Part shown: piece by piece, positions 49,704-59,281 of the stretch
Layout of the letters: every line of letters begins with the position of its first letter
How positions within the stretch are numbered: the stretch's first letter is position 1
The notes under the pieces: model-generated
Database searches by the model: none
Told to the model about the DNA's origin: nothing
What the model saw: only the letters and a program-made list of their open reading frames with translations
Source: Candidatus Heimdallarchaeum aukensis
GTDB lineage: Archaea > Asgardarchaeota > Heimdallarchaeia > Heimdallarchaeales > Heimdallarchaeaceae
Assembly (NCBI GenBank): GCA_021513695.1
Contig: CP084166.1
Coordinates: 2,304,001 to 2,368,000, forward strand
DNA length: 64,000 nucleotides
Direction of reading: 5' to 3'
Position numbers and translations under genes: made by a program

Positions 49704-51488
49704 ATGTCCGAAAAAGAAAATCAAGAAATAGTGGACGAATATGAACAAGAACTTGTGAAAAAAGAAGATGATTCATCAAAAAAGAAAAAAGTAAAGAAGG
49801 CTAAAGTTAAAAGAAAAAGTAAAAAACCAAAGAAAAAATTCAAACTTAGAAAAGTAAGGTTTACAAAGTATTCTTTAGCTATGACCTTGCTATTTCTCAT
49901 AGTTATCGTTCCACTGTTTATTGGTTTAGTTGGATTAGGTGGAAGAAGTGTAAAATTTTCCATCTACAACACCGGTTGGGATGGTCTTTCCACTGTATAT
50001 AATACATTACAAGCTGAAAACAAATATGAAATATCAAACGGAATGTCAAGTTTAACTATTTTAAATAGATTGAATAGCAGTGGAGTTCTCGTAGTTATCG
50101 GACCAACAACAAGTTACAACTTTGCTGAGACAATTAGTCTCGTAACCTTTCTGGTAAGAGGAGGAAGTTTGATAGTTGCTGACGACTTTGGTTCAGGAAA
50201 TAAAATATTCGAACCGCTTTGGAACGTTATTGCAACCTATGACTCTCTTGTATCTTTAGGACTTGTTCCTTCTTTAACAGATATATTCTTCGGAAATCAA
50301 AGTGCACCATCAAATGTTACATCAGTTGAAGATTTAGCTGGTGCAGCAATTTTTGAGATGCTAGCAGGAATGTTAAAAGCAATAGGTTTTAATCAAACGG
50401 TATTAATGGATGCAGGAAGTAATTATGGTGGAGTAAGTTCTCAACCGTTGTTAAAGGATACAAATCCAGATAACCCCTTAACTGCTGGAATTACAAAGGG
50501 AGTTCAAATGGAATTTGGTACGGTATTAAGTGTTAAAATCAATAACTCTCGATATAATCCATCCACAGGACGTTATGAGTGGTATACAGATTGGGTTCCC
50601 TTGCAGCCTTTGTCTATAAATGTCACAATTGAAGGGGGAGAGTATGGAAATCTTGAGCCAATTTTCATTGAAGATGTGATGTTACCTTTTCTCTCGTTTT
50701 TCACAACTACGACATCGTGGATGGAGTCGAATTTTAGAGATGCACTTACTGGAGAAGCAGTTCCCAATGAAGGAGAATGGGGAAACACTGCCTTTGCCCC
50801 TATTTTGTCAATACCAATAGGTAGGGGAAAAATAGTTATGATTGGAGACCCTGATATATTCATAAATAAATGGATAGAAGATACAGAAAATAATGATAAC
50901 TTGCAATTTTGTCAGAATTTGTTCAATTATGTAACCGAAAATATGGTTGCAAATACAACAAGTGGAAAAATACCTATAATATTTGATGAAGGACATACAC
51001 AATATAAATTCTATAGTCCTGCTCTGGTATCAACCATTTTAATGAGGTTGATTACTGAAATGTCCATGTATCCACTTTATTCACCTTTTGTTCCTATCAT
51101 GTTTGCTGTTATAGCATATCCCCTTATCCCAAAAGCTAGACGATTGGCCCCTGTATTATGGACTAGATACAGAGGAGAAAGAGGAAGGTCACGATTTGAA
51201 CGCGAAATAAAAAGAATATTAGAAACTGGAAGTTACAGTGAAGCAGTAGGTTTACTTTATAGGTCCATGTTACGGGGAGTAAGAAAAGTAGATACCTCTG
51301 CCGCAAGTTCACCTAAATCTTTGGCAGATTTCTTTATTTCAAGGGGATACCCCCTAAAAAGAGGAGCGTTGGTAAGTGAATTCGAGCGAATTGATCGCTA
51401 TTTACAGAGACCAAAGTTGCTCCCACAATCTGAATTTGAAAAAATGTTGCAGTTTATCAAGAATTTAATTGATACTCTGCCTAAATAG
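49704..51488 (+). CDS. DUF4350-like membrane-anchored protein with a Lys-rich N-terminal tail (module 2, position 4)
   Basis: The N-terminus has KKKKVKKAKVKRKSKKPKKKFKLRKVRF, then a TM (LAMTLLFLIVIVPLFIGLVGL), then the ectodomain with LVVIGPTTSYNFAETISLVTFLVRGGSLIVADDFGSG, paralogous to the 36922 product. C-terminal TM (YSPFVPIMFAVIAYPLIP) and a cytoplasmic tail. Confidence 0.45.
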   Translation: MSEKENQEIVDEYEQELVKKEDDSSKKKKVKKAKVKRKSKKPKKKFKLRKVRFTKYSLAMTLLFLIVIVPLFIGLVGLGGRSVKFSIYNTGWDGLSTVYNTLQAENKYEISNGMSSLTILNRLNSSGVLVVIGPTTSYNFAETISLVTFLVRGGSLIVADDFGSGNKIFEPLWNVIATYDSLVSLGLVPSLTDIFFGNQSAPSNVTSVEDLAGAAIFEMLAGMLKAIGFNQTVLMDAGSNYGGVSSQPLLKDTNPDNPLTAGITKGVQMEFGTVLSVKINNSRYNPSTGRYEWYTDWVPLQPLSINVTIEGGEYGNLEPIFIEDVMLPFLSFFTTTTSWMESNFRDALTGEAVPNEGEWGNTAFAPILSIPIGRGKIVMIGDPDIFINKWIEDTENNDNLQFCQNLFNYVTENMVANTTSGKIPIIFDEGHTQYKFYSPALVSTILMRLITEMSMYPLYSPFVPIMFAVIAYPLIPKARRLAPVLWTRYRGERGRSRFEREIKRILETGSYSEAVGLLYRSMLRGVRKVDTSAASSPKSLADFFISRGYPLKRGALVSEFERIDRYLQRPKLLPQSEFEKMLQFIKNLIDTLPK

Positions 51489-51539
51489 AATAATGTTTCA
51501 AAAAATAAAAACAAAAAAAGAAAAGGAAAGTGAAAAAAA

Positions 51540-52541
51540 ATGAGTGAAGAAGAAAAACCGGCAAAACCGGCTAAAGGAAAAGCACAAACCGAAGCAGTGG
51601 TAACTCCAAAAGATATCAAGAGAGTTTGGTCTGAGATCTATGCTGAATTAAAACGTGTAATTATAGGTAAACTAGACGTACTGGAAGATCTCTTTATTGC
51701 TCTTCTAGCAAGAGGACATGTGCTGCTTGAAGGTGTACCTGGTGTTGCAAAAACCGTCATGGCTAAAAATTTTGCTGCTACCCTTGGAGCTGAATTCAAA
51801 AGAGGACAATTTACCCCAGATTTACTTCCAAGTGACGTTGTAGGTACTACAATATATGATCCTAAAGCAGGAACATTCAAAATGAGAAAAGGACCTATAT
51901 TTACAAACATCTTCTTGGCTGACGAAATTAACAGAAGTCCTCCAAAAACCCAAGCTGCATTACTTGAAGCAATGGCTGAAAAACAAGTCACAGTGGAAGG
52001 AACTACATTCAAGCTTGAGCCACCTTTTTTGGTAATTGCAACTCAAAACCCTGTAGAACAAGAGGGAACTTACCCATTACCAGAAGCACAAGTAGATCGT
52101 TTTATGTTTAAACTGATAGTTGACCTACCTTCGCCAGAAGAAGAAATAGAGATAATTGATCTTTCACACAAGCATGCTTTTCGCACAGTTCGCAGAATAA
52201 CTACTCCTATGACCATCATCAGAATGATAGAAACTGTGGAGAAAAGAATCTATGTACATGAAGATATTATGGCTTATATCAGAGATATTACTGTCGCAAC
52301 TCGTACTGATCCACGATTATTACTTGGTGGTTCTCCAAGATGTAGTATCGCGCTGTTAAATGCTTCAAAAGCTGTAGCTGCAATGAACGGTAGAGATTAC
52401 GTAATTCCTGATGATGTTAAACGAATAGCAAAAATAGGCGCAGCTCATCGATTGCAGATGAAACCGGAAGCAGAATTGGAAGGTACCACTGGAAGTATGG
52501 TTATGGACGACATCTTGCGCAATTTACCAGTACCAGTATAA
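51540..52541 (+). CDS. MoxR-family AAA+ ATPase (module 2)
   Basis: Walker A (GVPGVAKT), Walker B (FLADEINRSPPKTQAALLEAM). 333 aa. Clear paralog of the 38217 gene. Confidence 0.9.
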   Translation: MSEEEKPAKPAKGKAQTEAVVTPKDIKRVWSEIYAELKRVIIGKLDVLEDLFIALLARGHVLLEGVPGVAKTVMAKNFAATLGAEFKRGQFTPDLLPSDVVGTTIYDPKAGTFKMRKGPIFTNIFLADEINRSPPKTQAALLEAMAEKQVTVEGTTFKLEPPFLVIATQNPVEQEGTYPLPEAQVDRFMFKLIVDLPSPEEEIEIIDLSHKHAFRTVRRITTPMTIIRMIETVEKRIYVHEDIMAYIRDITVATRTDPRLLLGGSPRCSIALLNASKAVAAMNGRDYVIPDDVKRIAKIGAAHRLQMKPEAELEGTTGSMVMDDILRNLPVPV

Positions 52542-52551
52542 AGTTAATTAG

Positions 52552-54000
52552 GTGATTACAATCTTTACACGAAGAGGAGGATACCTGATATTCTTTGGTA
52601 TTGTAATGATTAGCGTAGGCTTTGCACTTGCAGGTTTCCTAGCTCTAAATAATATACTTGAATCATTTGGAGCACATCCAGTGCCTGAAACATCAACAGA
52701 AGGCCCTCAAGGAACAGGTTTAATGGATCTTTTACATTTCTACCTTTTAGATTCGACTCTAATATGGTATTTCATCATTTTAGGTGTTATGCTAATATTT
52801 TCCGTTATGCTTGGTTTACCTTTCTATAGACTCGGTGCAAACCCTGAATCTATAGAAATAAAAAGAAAAGTAGCTAAAGCAAAAGCTTTTGCAGGAGATT
52901 ATGTGTATATAGAAGTGACAGTAAGAAACAGATCTGTAAACCAGCTTCCCCACGTAGAAATTTACGATGCAATTCCAGAAGTCTTTGACTTAGTGTTAGG
53001 CGAAAATTTCATTATTACACAGCTGAATCCAAAGGAAACAGTTACATTTGGATATGTAGTTCGGATACCAATTAGAGGATTGTTCAATATTGGACCAACT
53101 AAAGTTATAATCAAAGATAGAATGGGATTCTACGCTACAGAAGGAGAAATTAAAACAAAGACGGAGATATTAGTTTATCCAAGCTATGAAGATATTAGAA
53201 AAATGGAAATGATAGGCAAAAAACGTCGTCTAGGTGTAATTTTTGGAATGCATAGAACTAAAGTTAAAGGAATGGGAGACGATTTCGCTGGAATTAGACA
53301 GTATCAAACAGGAGATCCATTTAAATTTATTGACTGGAAAAGCGTTGCACGTTCTGGGAAAATGATGGTTCGTGAATTCGAAGCAGAGCAAAATATTCGA
53401 GTAATTATCATGATCGATGCCTCTGCAAGTATGGGTGCTGGGCTACCTAGAAACACTAAGTTAGAATATGCTATTCGAAGTGCAGTGTTACTAATGCATC
53501 TTGCTTTCGAAAAACACGATATGGTTGGTTTGTGTGTTTATGATGATGAAGTTAGAACATGGATTGATCTAACCAGTTCTAGAAATAGACTCTTTGCGTT
53601 TTTGGAGGCTTTAGCCTTAGTAAAACCAAAAGGGGAATCAGATCTAGAAAAAGCTATGGATTATGCAATAAAGAGAGTACGAAGAGCATCCTATATAGTT
53701 ATTTTGTCTGATTTAGAGTCTAATCCACAAAAAATAGTTTCAGCAATTAGGCAAGCGCGGGGACGGAAACACCAAGTAACAGTTATAAGTCCATTTGGAC
53801 CTTGGTTTGAGATTGTATCTCAGCAATTGAGCCCCATAGAGCAACTAATTGGTTATGCTATGGTTGAAAAACAGATGGGTGAAAGATATAGAATGTTTAA
53901 GGCTATAAGAAAATTCGATGCTACCACTGTTAATGTTGGACCAGATGATTTCTTACCTACAATTATGGCTCAGTTCAGAAGGATACAAAGGAGGGGATGA
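52552..54000 (+). CDS. DUF58 protein (vWA-like, MoxR partner; module 2)
   Basis: FIDWKSVARSGKMMVREFEAEQN followed by VIIMIDASASM (DxSxS MIDAS-like). N-terminal TM helices. It is 10 nt downstream of the MoxR gene. Confidence 0.8.
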   Translation: MITIFTRRGGYLIFFGIVMISVGFALAGFLALNNILESFGAHPVPETSTEGPQGTGLMDLLHFYLLDSTLIWYFIILGVMLIFSVMLGLPFYRLGANPESIEIKRKVAKAKAFAGDYVYIEVTVRNRSVNQLPHVEIYDAIPEVFDLVLGENFIITQLNPKETVTFGYVVRIPIRGLFNIGPTKVIIKDRMGFYATEGEIKTKTEILVYPSYEDIRKMEMIGKKRRLGVIFGMHRTKVKGMGDDFAGIRQYQTGDPFKFIDWKSVARSGKMMVREFEAEQNIRVIIMIDASASMGAGLPRNTKLEYAIRSAVLLMHLAFEKHDMVGLCVYDDEVRTWIDLTSSRNRLFAFLEALALVKPKGESDLEKAMDYAIKRVRRASYIVILSDLESNPQKIVSAIRQARGRKHQVTVISPFGPWFEIVSQQLSPIEQLIGYAMVEKQMGERYRMFKAIRKFDATTVNVGPDDFLPTIMAQFRRIQRRG

Positions 54001-54003
54001 AAA

Positions 54004-55515
54004 ATGGAATCATTATCAGAAACAAGAATGATTGATCTTGGAATTAGAGGAGTAGAACGAAGGCTTAAAGGGGCAAGAACACAGACTATTATTACCAACG
54101 TAATTTCTAGATTAATTGCTATAGGTGTTATATTATGGCTATTTCTTCAATTATGGACTAATATTGATAAAACAAAATTACCTCCTGGCCATTTAATTGA
54201 TTCACTTACTATCTTCTTTCTCTATTTTGAGAATTTTGCGGTATTATTCTTTCTTATACCAATATTCTTGATATCTTTAATTTTCGGAGCAATGGGTAGT
54301 GGCGCAGATGGGAGCGCTATATTACTTACGGCAAGAGCATTTTTTACTGTAGACATTTTCAATAATGTTTCTCCTCCAGAACCGATGACTTCATCTGAAC
54401 TTTATGGAAGTGAAAGCACAAACATGTTTTCAGTCTTTACCAGTGCTTTTGGTTATCTGTGGCGAAATCGTATTTACTTCAAAGATACTAATCGAGCAAC
54501 AATTCTCATTTTAGCTGTAATTATTTTCTGGTTAGGTGTAACTGCCTTTCTGATGAGGTCTGATATGAGGACAGCAGCAACCGTCTTTGCTTCTTCTCAA
54601 TTCATTGTACTATATGCTCAAACCCAATTGTTATTTAAAAATCAGTTATATTATGCTCCAACAGAAAATATAGTTGTGCTCTTTTCTTATGATGCAGTAA
54701 TTACAGCTTTAGCATCATATCTGTTCCTAGAGATAGCGTTGCAAACATCTTATATCTCTAAAATACTTAATCCAACGCAAGATAGACAAAAAAGAGTTTT
54801 ACAAGCTCTTGATAGACTAAAAGAATTTAGATTAGGAATAACCCCTGTAACAACAGAAGTGAGTAAACCTGAAACTGAGGAGACTAAAAAGGAAGCCTCA
54901 AAAACAATTGCAGGAGCAGGAAGCAGTTTGGTCAAAAAGTACGGTGCTACAGCAGTGGCGTTTTTAGCAGAAAAAACTAAAGATTCGCTTTTTGCTAAAC
55001 CTGGAGGACGACAAGCTAAATTGACAGGGAGACTGCAACGATATCATGATAGTTTGGTGCATAGTGATACAGAGGTTGATCAAAAACTAGTAGGGGCATC
55101 AGTAGCTGTCTCACCAATGATGACGATAGTATATATTACCATTTCAATAATCTTTAGATTAATAATAATGATGCTCGGACTATTTTTAGTCTTAAATCCT
55201 GATATTCTGTTATTCATTCTTCGTTATCCTCCTTCAATTTATTATAGTCTAGAAATGTTAGAACCAGAAGGAGTAGTTCTACTTTTAATACCAATAGTAG
55301 TAATGATATTATTGTTAACAGAGCTAATAGGTTATATACAGAAGAGATTAGCTGAAAGAATAACCCAAGAAAAAACAGAAGAAGAATTAATGGAAGAAAT
55401 TCAATATGAAGAAGAAGAGGGCACAGGAGTAGTAACAGAAGGACCGATAAGTGATATATCAGAAGAAGAATTATTCTATAAACAATTAGAAGAAGAATTC
55501 TCTGATGAAGAATAA
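54004..55515 (+). CDS. hypothetical polytopic membrane protein with a strongly acidic C-terminal tail (module 2 terminal gene)
   Basis: About eight hydrophobic helices. The C-terminus is EEELMEEIQYEEEEGTGVVTEGPISDISEEELFYKQLEEEFSDEE. It starts 3 nt after the DUF58 stop. Confidence 0.4.
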   Translation: MESLSETRMIDLGIRGVERRLKGARTQTIITNVISRLIAIGVILWLFLQLWTNIDKTKLPPGHLIDSLTIFFLYFENFAVLFFLIPIFLISLIFGAMGSGADGSAILLTARAFFTVDIFNNVSPPEPMTSSELYGSESTNMFSVFTSAFGYLWRNRIYFKDTNRATILILAVIIFWLGVTAFLMRSDMRTAATVFASSQFIVLYAQTQLLFKNQLYYAPTENIVVLFSYDAVITALASYLFLEIALQTSYISKILNPTQDRQKRVLQALDRLKEFRLGITPVTTEVSKPETEETKKEASKTIAGAGSSLVKKYGATAVAFLAEKTKDSLFAKPGGRQAKLTGRLQRYHDSLVHSDTEVDQKLVGASVAVSPMMTIVYITISIIFRLIIMMLGLFLVLNPDILLFILRYPPSIYYSLEMLEPEGVVLLLIPIVVMILLLTELIGYIQKRLAERITQEKTEEELMEEIQYEEEEGTGVVTEGPISDISEEELFYKQLEEEFSDEE

Positions 55516-55648
55516 GAACAGAATAACTTTCCTTTTCTTTTTATTTTTTAAAAATATTGACTTATTTCAGCTTTTTTTATTTGTCTAAAGAATACAGAAA
55601 AAATAGAAATTAATGACAAAAATGAAATAAAAATAAAAAAGTAAAGGA

Positions 55649-57880
55649 TTATGTACGTTTGTACATGAATCTTTCCCAATTGCTGGCTGTTGGGATTTCT
55701 GGAGGTAATCCTTTTCTTTCTCTGATACTGGCAATGACTTGTTCCTCAAGGTTGGAAGGAACAGGCTCGAAACCTAAAAATTGATAACCAAAGAAGGCTT
55801 TTCCTGAGCTCTCACTGCGGATTTCATCTGCTAAGTGAATTGTCTCTGCAGTGGGTACTTTACCTTTGAGTTTTGTATTTTCACCTTCTGTTGTCATGTC
55901 AAGTATCATTCCCCTATGTTGGGTGAGTAATGCGGTTATATTTCCTATGAAGTCATTTGGAACTTTGATGTCGATTTGTAGTATAGGCTCTAAGAGTTGA
56001 GGGTTAGCAGAAATGAAAGTAGTGTGAAAACCAGCTAAACTCATCTGGAAGATTTCGCTAAAACCAGTATGAGCAGGATCAACGTGAACTACGGCATCAG
56101 TTATTACAAATTTAGCACCCATTAAAGGTTCTTTTGCTAGTGTGGCTCCATGTGCAAAATCATGAAAGACTTGAATGATATATTGCTGAATGTTTTCTAA
56201 ACGCTGAACACCTTTGGTGTTATCCACTAAAATATTAGTGTCAGCAATAGCCCAAATTCTTCTTGCTTCTCTAGCATCCCAACCAGCTTCTTCGTGAAGA
56301 ATGGCTGCACGCTCTTTTCTATCTTGATCCATATTCACTTTACCAGATTTAATAAGTTCGATTGTTTTTTCATCCAAAGGTTCAACATGAACTTCAAATC
56401 TGTTATGACCATTTGGTGATTTAGCAAAGACATCAGGACCACGAGTAGTTGGTTTTTCTCTGTAGACGATAATAGGATCACTTACCTCAATGTCAACTTG
56501 CTCTCTGATTCTAGTAACTAGAATTTCAATCTGTAAGGGGTCAATTCCCGAGAGAACATAGGTTTTAGACTCTTCATCATGACGAAAAGCAGCGGTAGGA
56601 TCCGCCATAATCCACTTAGATACGACTTCACCTAGTTTAGCAATATCTTGTGGATCTTTTGGTTTGATAGTACGACTAACAACAGGTTCAGCAACATAGG
56701 ATATTTCTTCAAATGGATGAACTTTGCCAATGTCTTTAGCGTTAATGAAAGTCTCACCAGCAGGACAAATAAAACCGAATATAGCAAAAAGATTTCCTGC
56801 AGGAATTTCATCTACATCAAGGATATCAGTAATCTCCATAACACCTAAACGTTTAATGTTAGTTTTGTCTTTCTTACCAACTAAATAAAGGGTGTCTGAT
56901 TTACGAAGTGTACCACTATAAACACGGCCGATTAAAGTAGGACGTTTAGATTTTGGTTCAATGAAAATCTTGGTAATCATACCCATTAAAGGACCATTGG
57001 GGTCAGCATTAAGTAATGCTTTTCCTTGGGGACTTTCAAGATCTCCAGACCAAATGCGTGGGATCTTAACTCTTTGTCCTTCTTCAGGGTTGGGTAAGTG
57101 CTTAATAACCATCTCAAGTAAAGGTTCCTCCAAAGGAAGATTTTTACGTAACCAGTCTTTATCATTTTGATTATACTTTTCAAAGATATCTTGAGGTTTG
57201 ATCTTTAAGCGTTTTAAAGTGGACATGTTGAAAGCCCAGCCATCTTTGGCTGAACCAATTGCTACAGAGTCATCAGTGAACCTAACACGCCACTGTTTAG
57301 CTAACTCTTTAGGTGCATTTGCCTCAATAAGTTTGTTTACTTCTGTAATAATAGCATCAATTCTGCTAAAAACTTGATCAGGTTTCAAACGAAGTTCAGA
57401 AATAAGACGGTCTACTTTATTAATGTATAAAACAGGTTTACACATTTCACCAATAGACAAACGAATATTAGTTTCAGTTTGAGTCATAACTCCCTCAAGA
57501 GCATCCACTAAAAGAATAACACCATCAGAACCTCGAAGAGCTCGACTAACCTCACCAGTAAAACTAATGTGACCAGGAGTGTCGTTAATTTCCATCAAAT
57601 AACGTTTAGTCTCACCATTTTCGTCGGTATACTCGTAGTCAAGAAGAACGACAGAAGTAAAAATAGTAATACCACGTTCTTGTTCCTCTTGATCTGAATC
57701 CATCATGACTTTTTTACCTGCATCTGCGTCAGACATAAGTCCAGCTTTTCTTAATAGATAGTCGCTTGTTGTTGTTTTTCCATGATCTATGTGAGCTGCG
57801 ATACTGAACACTCTTCTTAGTTCATTGGGGTGCTCTTTGATCATTTGTCTAATATCGTCAGCATTTTTTACTTTAACCAT
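55649..57880 (-). CDS. fusA: translation elongation factor 2 (aEF-2)
   Basis: G1 AHIDHGKTT, G3 DTPGH, G4 NKVD. 743 aa with EF-2 domains II-V (LMGMITKIF; GETFINAKD...). Diphthamide-region His context present (HRGMILD...). Confidence 0.9.
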   Translation of the reverse strand: MVKVKNADDIRQMIKEHPNELRRVFSIAAHIDHGKTTTSDYLLRKAGLMSDADAGKKVMMDSDQEEQERGITIFTSVVLLDYEYTDENGETKRYLMEINDTPGHISFTGEVSRALRGSDGVILLVDALEGVMTQTETNIRLSIGEMCKPVLYINKVDRLISELRLKPDQVFSRIDAIITEVNKLIEANAPKELAKQWRVRFTDDSVAIGSAKDGWAFNMSTLKRLKIKPQDIFEKYNQNDKDWLRKNLPLEEPLLEMVIKHLPNPEEGQRVKIPRIWSGDLESPQGKALLNADPNGPLMGMITKIFIEPKSKRPTLIGRVYSGTLRKSDTLYLVGKKDKTNIKRLGVMEITDILDVDEIPAGNLFAIFGFICPAGETFINAKDIGKVHPFEEISYVAEPVVSRTIKPKDPQDIAKLGEVVSKWIMADPTAAFRHDEESKTYVLSGIDPLQIEILVTRIREQVDIEVSDPIIVYREKPTTRGPDVFAKSPNGHNRFEVHVEPLDEKTIELIKSGKVNMDQDRKERAAILHEEAGWDAREARRIWAIADTNILVDNTKGVQRLENIQQYIIQVFHDFAHGATLAKEPLMGAKFVITDAVVHVDPAHTGFSEIFQMSLAGFHTTFISANPQLLEPILQIDIKVPNDFIGNITALLTQHRGMILDMTTEGENTKLKGKVPTAETIHLADEIRSESSGKAFFGYQFLGFEPVPSNLEEQVIASIRERKGLPPEIPTASNWERFMYKRT

Positions 57881-58126
57881 AATTTTTCACCATTATTTAA
57901 CACTAGTACTGAGCATCATGTACTAATTGCTTTTCATTAAGTTGTGCGAACTTTCAAAATTTGAATTATAAAGTTAATGATTATATAGTTCTTTCCTTTA
58001 GTATACTAGAGGGCATCAATATTTAAACGTTCAAATTATGTTTCTCCTCTTATAAATCAAGAATTGATTTTTATTATTTTTCTTCCTTAACAATAAGAGT
58101 TAAGAATCTTTTTTTTATTTTAACTT

Positions 58127-59281
58127 GTGCAGACTCTATATGCTCCTAAAGCTCTAATTGGTGAAAATTTAGAACTAAAAAATCATGTTCTAATCACTAT
58201 CTCTGAGGATGGTATTATTCATTCTTTAGACACTGAAGTAGATGATTATTCTGCAGATACAGTTTTGTCTCAAGACACTTTAGTTCTTCCCAGTTTTATT
58301 AATATGCATACTCATATTGGTGATTTTTTACTCAAAGATCAAGGTTTTGGATTATCTTTAAGAGAAGTTGTTGGAAGAAATGGAGTTAAACACTCCTTTC
58401 TCAATAAACTGAGTGATGAAAGACTACAATTTTCCTTAGAACACGCTCTCTCTCTTCTTATTTCAAATGGTTATTCTACCTTTGTAGACTTTAGAGAAGG
58501 GGGAATTAAAGGTGTTTCAATGCTCGGGAAAGTTTTAGAATCTTTTCTTATTCGAGGAATTGTTCTTGGTCGTCCTTCAGCTGATGATGATATAGATAGT
58601 TTAGTTGAATATGTGGATGGTTTTGGGTTCTCTGATGTTTTTTCAGTATATGAAAAAGAAGAATTAATTGAAAACTTAGAAAAAGCTCTTTCTTCGAATT
58701 CTGAACTTTTGTTATCAATTCATGTTGCTGAAACAAAGGAATTAGTGGAAAAGTCTATAGCGGAAATAGGAAAAACAGACTTAAATTACGTAATAGAAAA
58801 TCTCTCACCTTCTTTTATTGTTCATTGCAATTATGTTACAGAGGACAATCAATTTCTTAAAATTAAAGAATGTGGAATAGGTGTTGTTTGTTGTCCTTTG
58901 ACAGCGTCATATTTTGGTCTTCAGTTTCCACCGATTGTTAAATGCTTGGAATATAATATTCCTCTCGCCTTGGGAACAGATAACATAATGATTGCTGATG
59001 TTAATCCTTTTTTCCTTATGCGTTTTACTCTACTAACTCTATCATCTAAAGGAGTTTTTCTGTCTCCTCAAACTATTTTAAAAACACTAACCGTTAACCC
59101 AGGGTTAATGCTTAATCAGAAAATAGGTCAAATTTTTCCAGGTTATAAAGCTGATTTCATAGGCGTAAACCTATCATCACCCAATCTTATCCATTCAAAT
59201 GATGTCTATAAAACTCTAGTTTTTAGAACTTCAGTTAAAGATATAAACTTCCAAATGTTTGAAGGGAGAAGAATAAAATGA
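58127..59281 (+). CDS. metal-dependent amidohydrolase, deaminase-type (cytosine/guanine-deaminase / MtaD-SsnA-like subgroup)
   Basis: HxH metal motif (NMHTHIGD), HxxE (SIHVAETKE), a later His (HCNYV) and the GTD Asp motif (LALGTDN). The 3' end overlaps the start of the downstream reductase gene by ATGA. Confidence 0.55.
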   Translation: MQTLYAPKALIGENLELKNHVLITISEDGIIHSLDTEVDDYSADTVLSQDTLVLPSFINMHTHIGDFLLKDQGFGLSLREVVGRNGVKHSFLNKLSDERLQFSLEHALSLLISNGYSTFVDFREGGIKGVSMLGKVLESFLIRGIVLGRPSADDDIDSLVEYVDGFGFSDVFSVYEKEELIENLEKALSSNSELLLSIHVAETKELVEKSIAEIGKTDLNYVIENLSPSFIVHCNYVTEDNQFLKIKECGIGVVCCPLTASYFGLQFPPIVKCLEYNIPLALGTDNIMIADVNPFFLMRFTLLTLSSKGVFLSPQTILKTLTVNPGLMLNQKIGQIFPGYKADFIGVNLSSPNLIHSNDVYKTLVFRTSVKDINFQMFEGRRIK

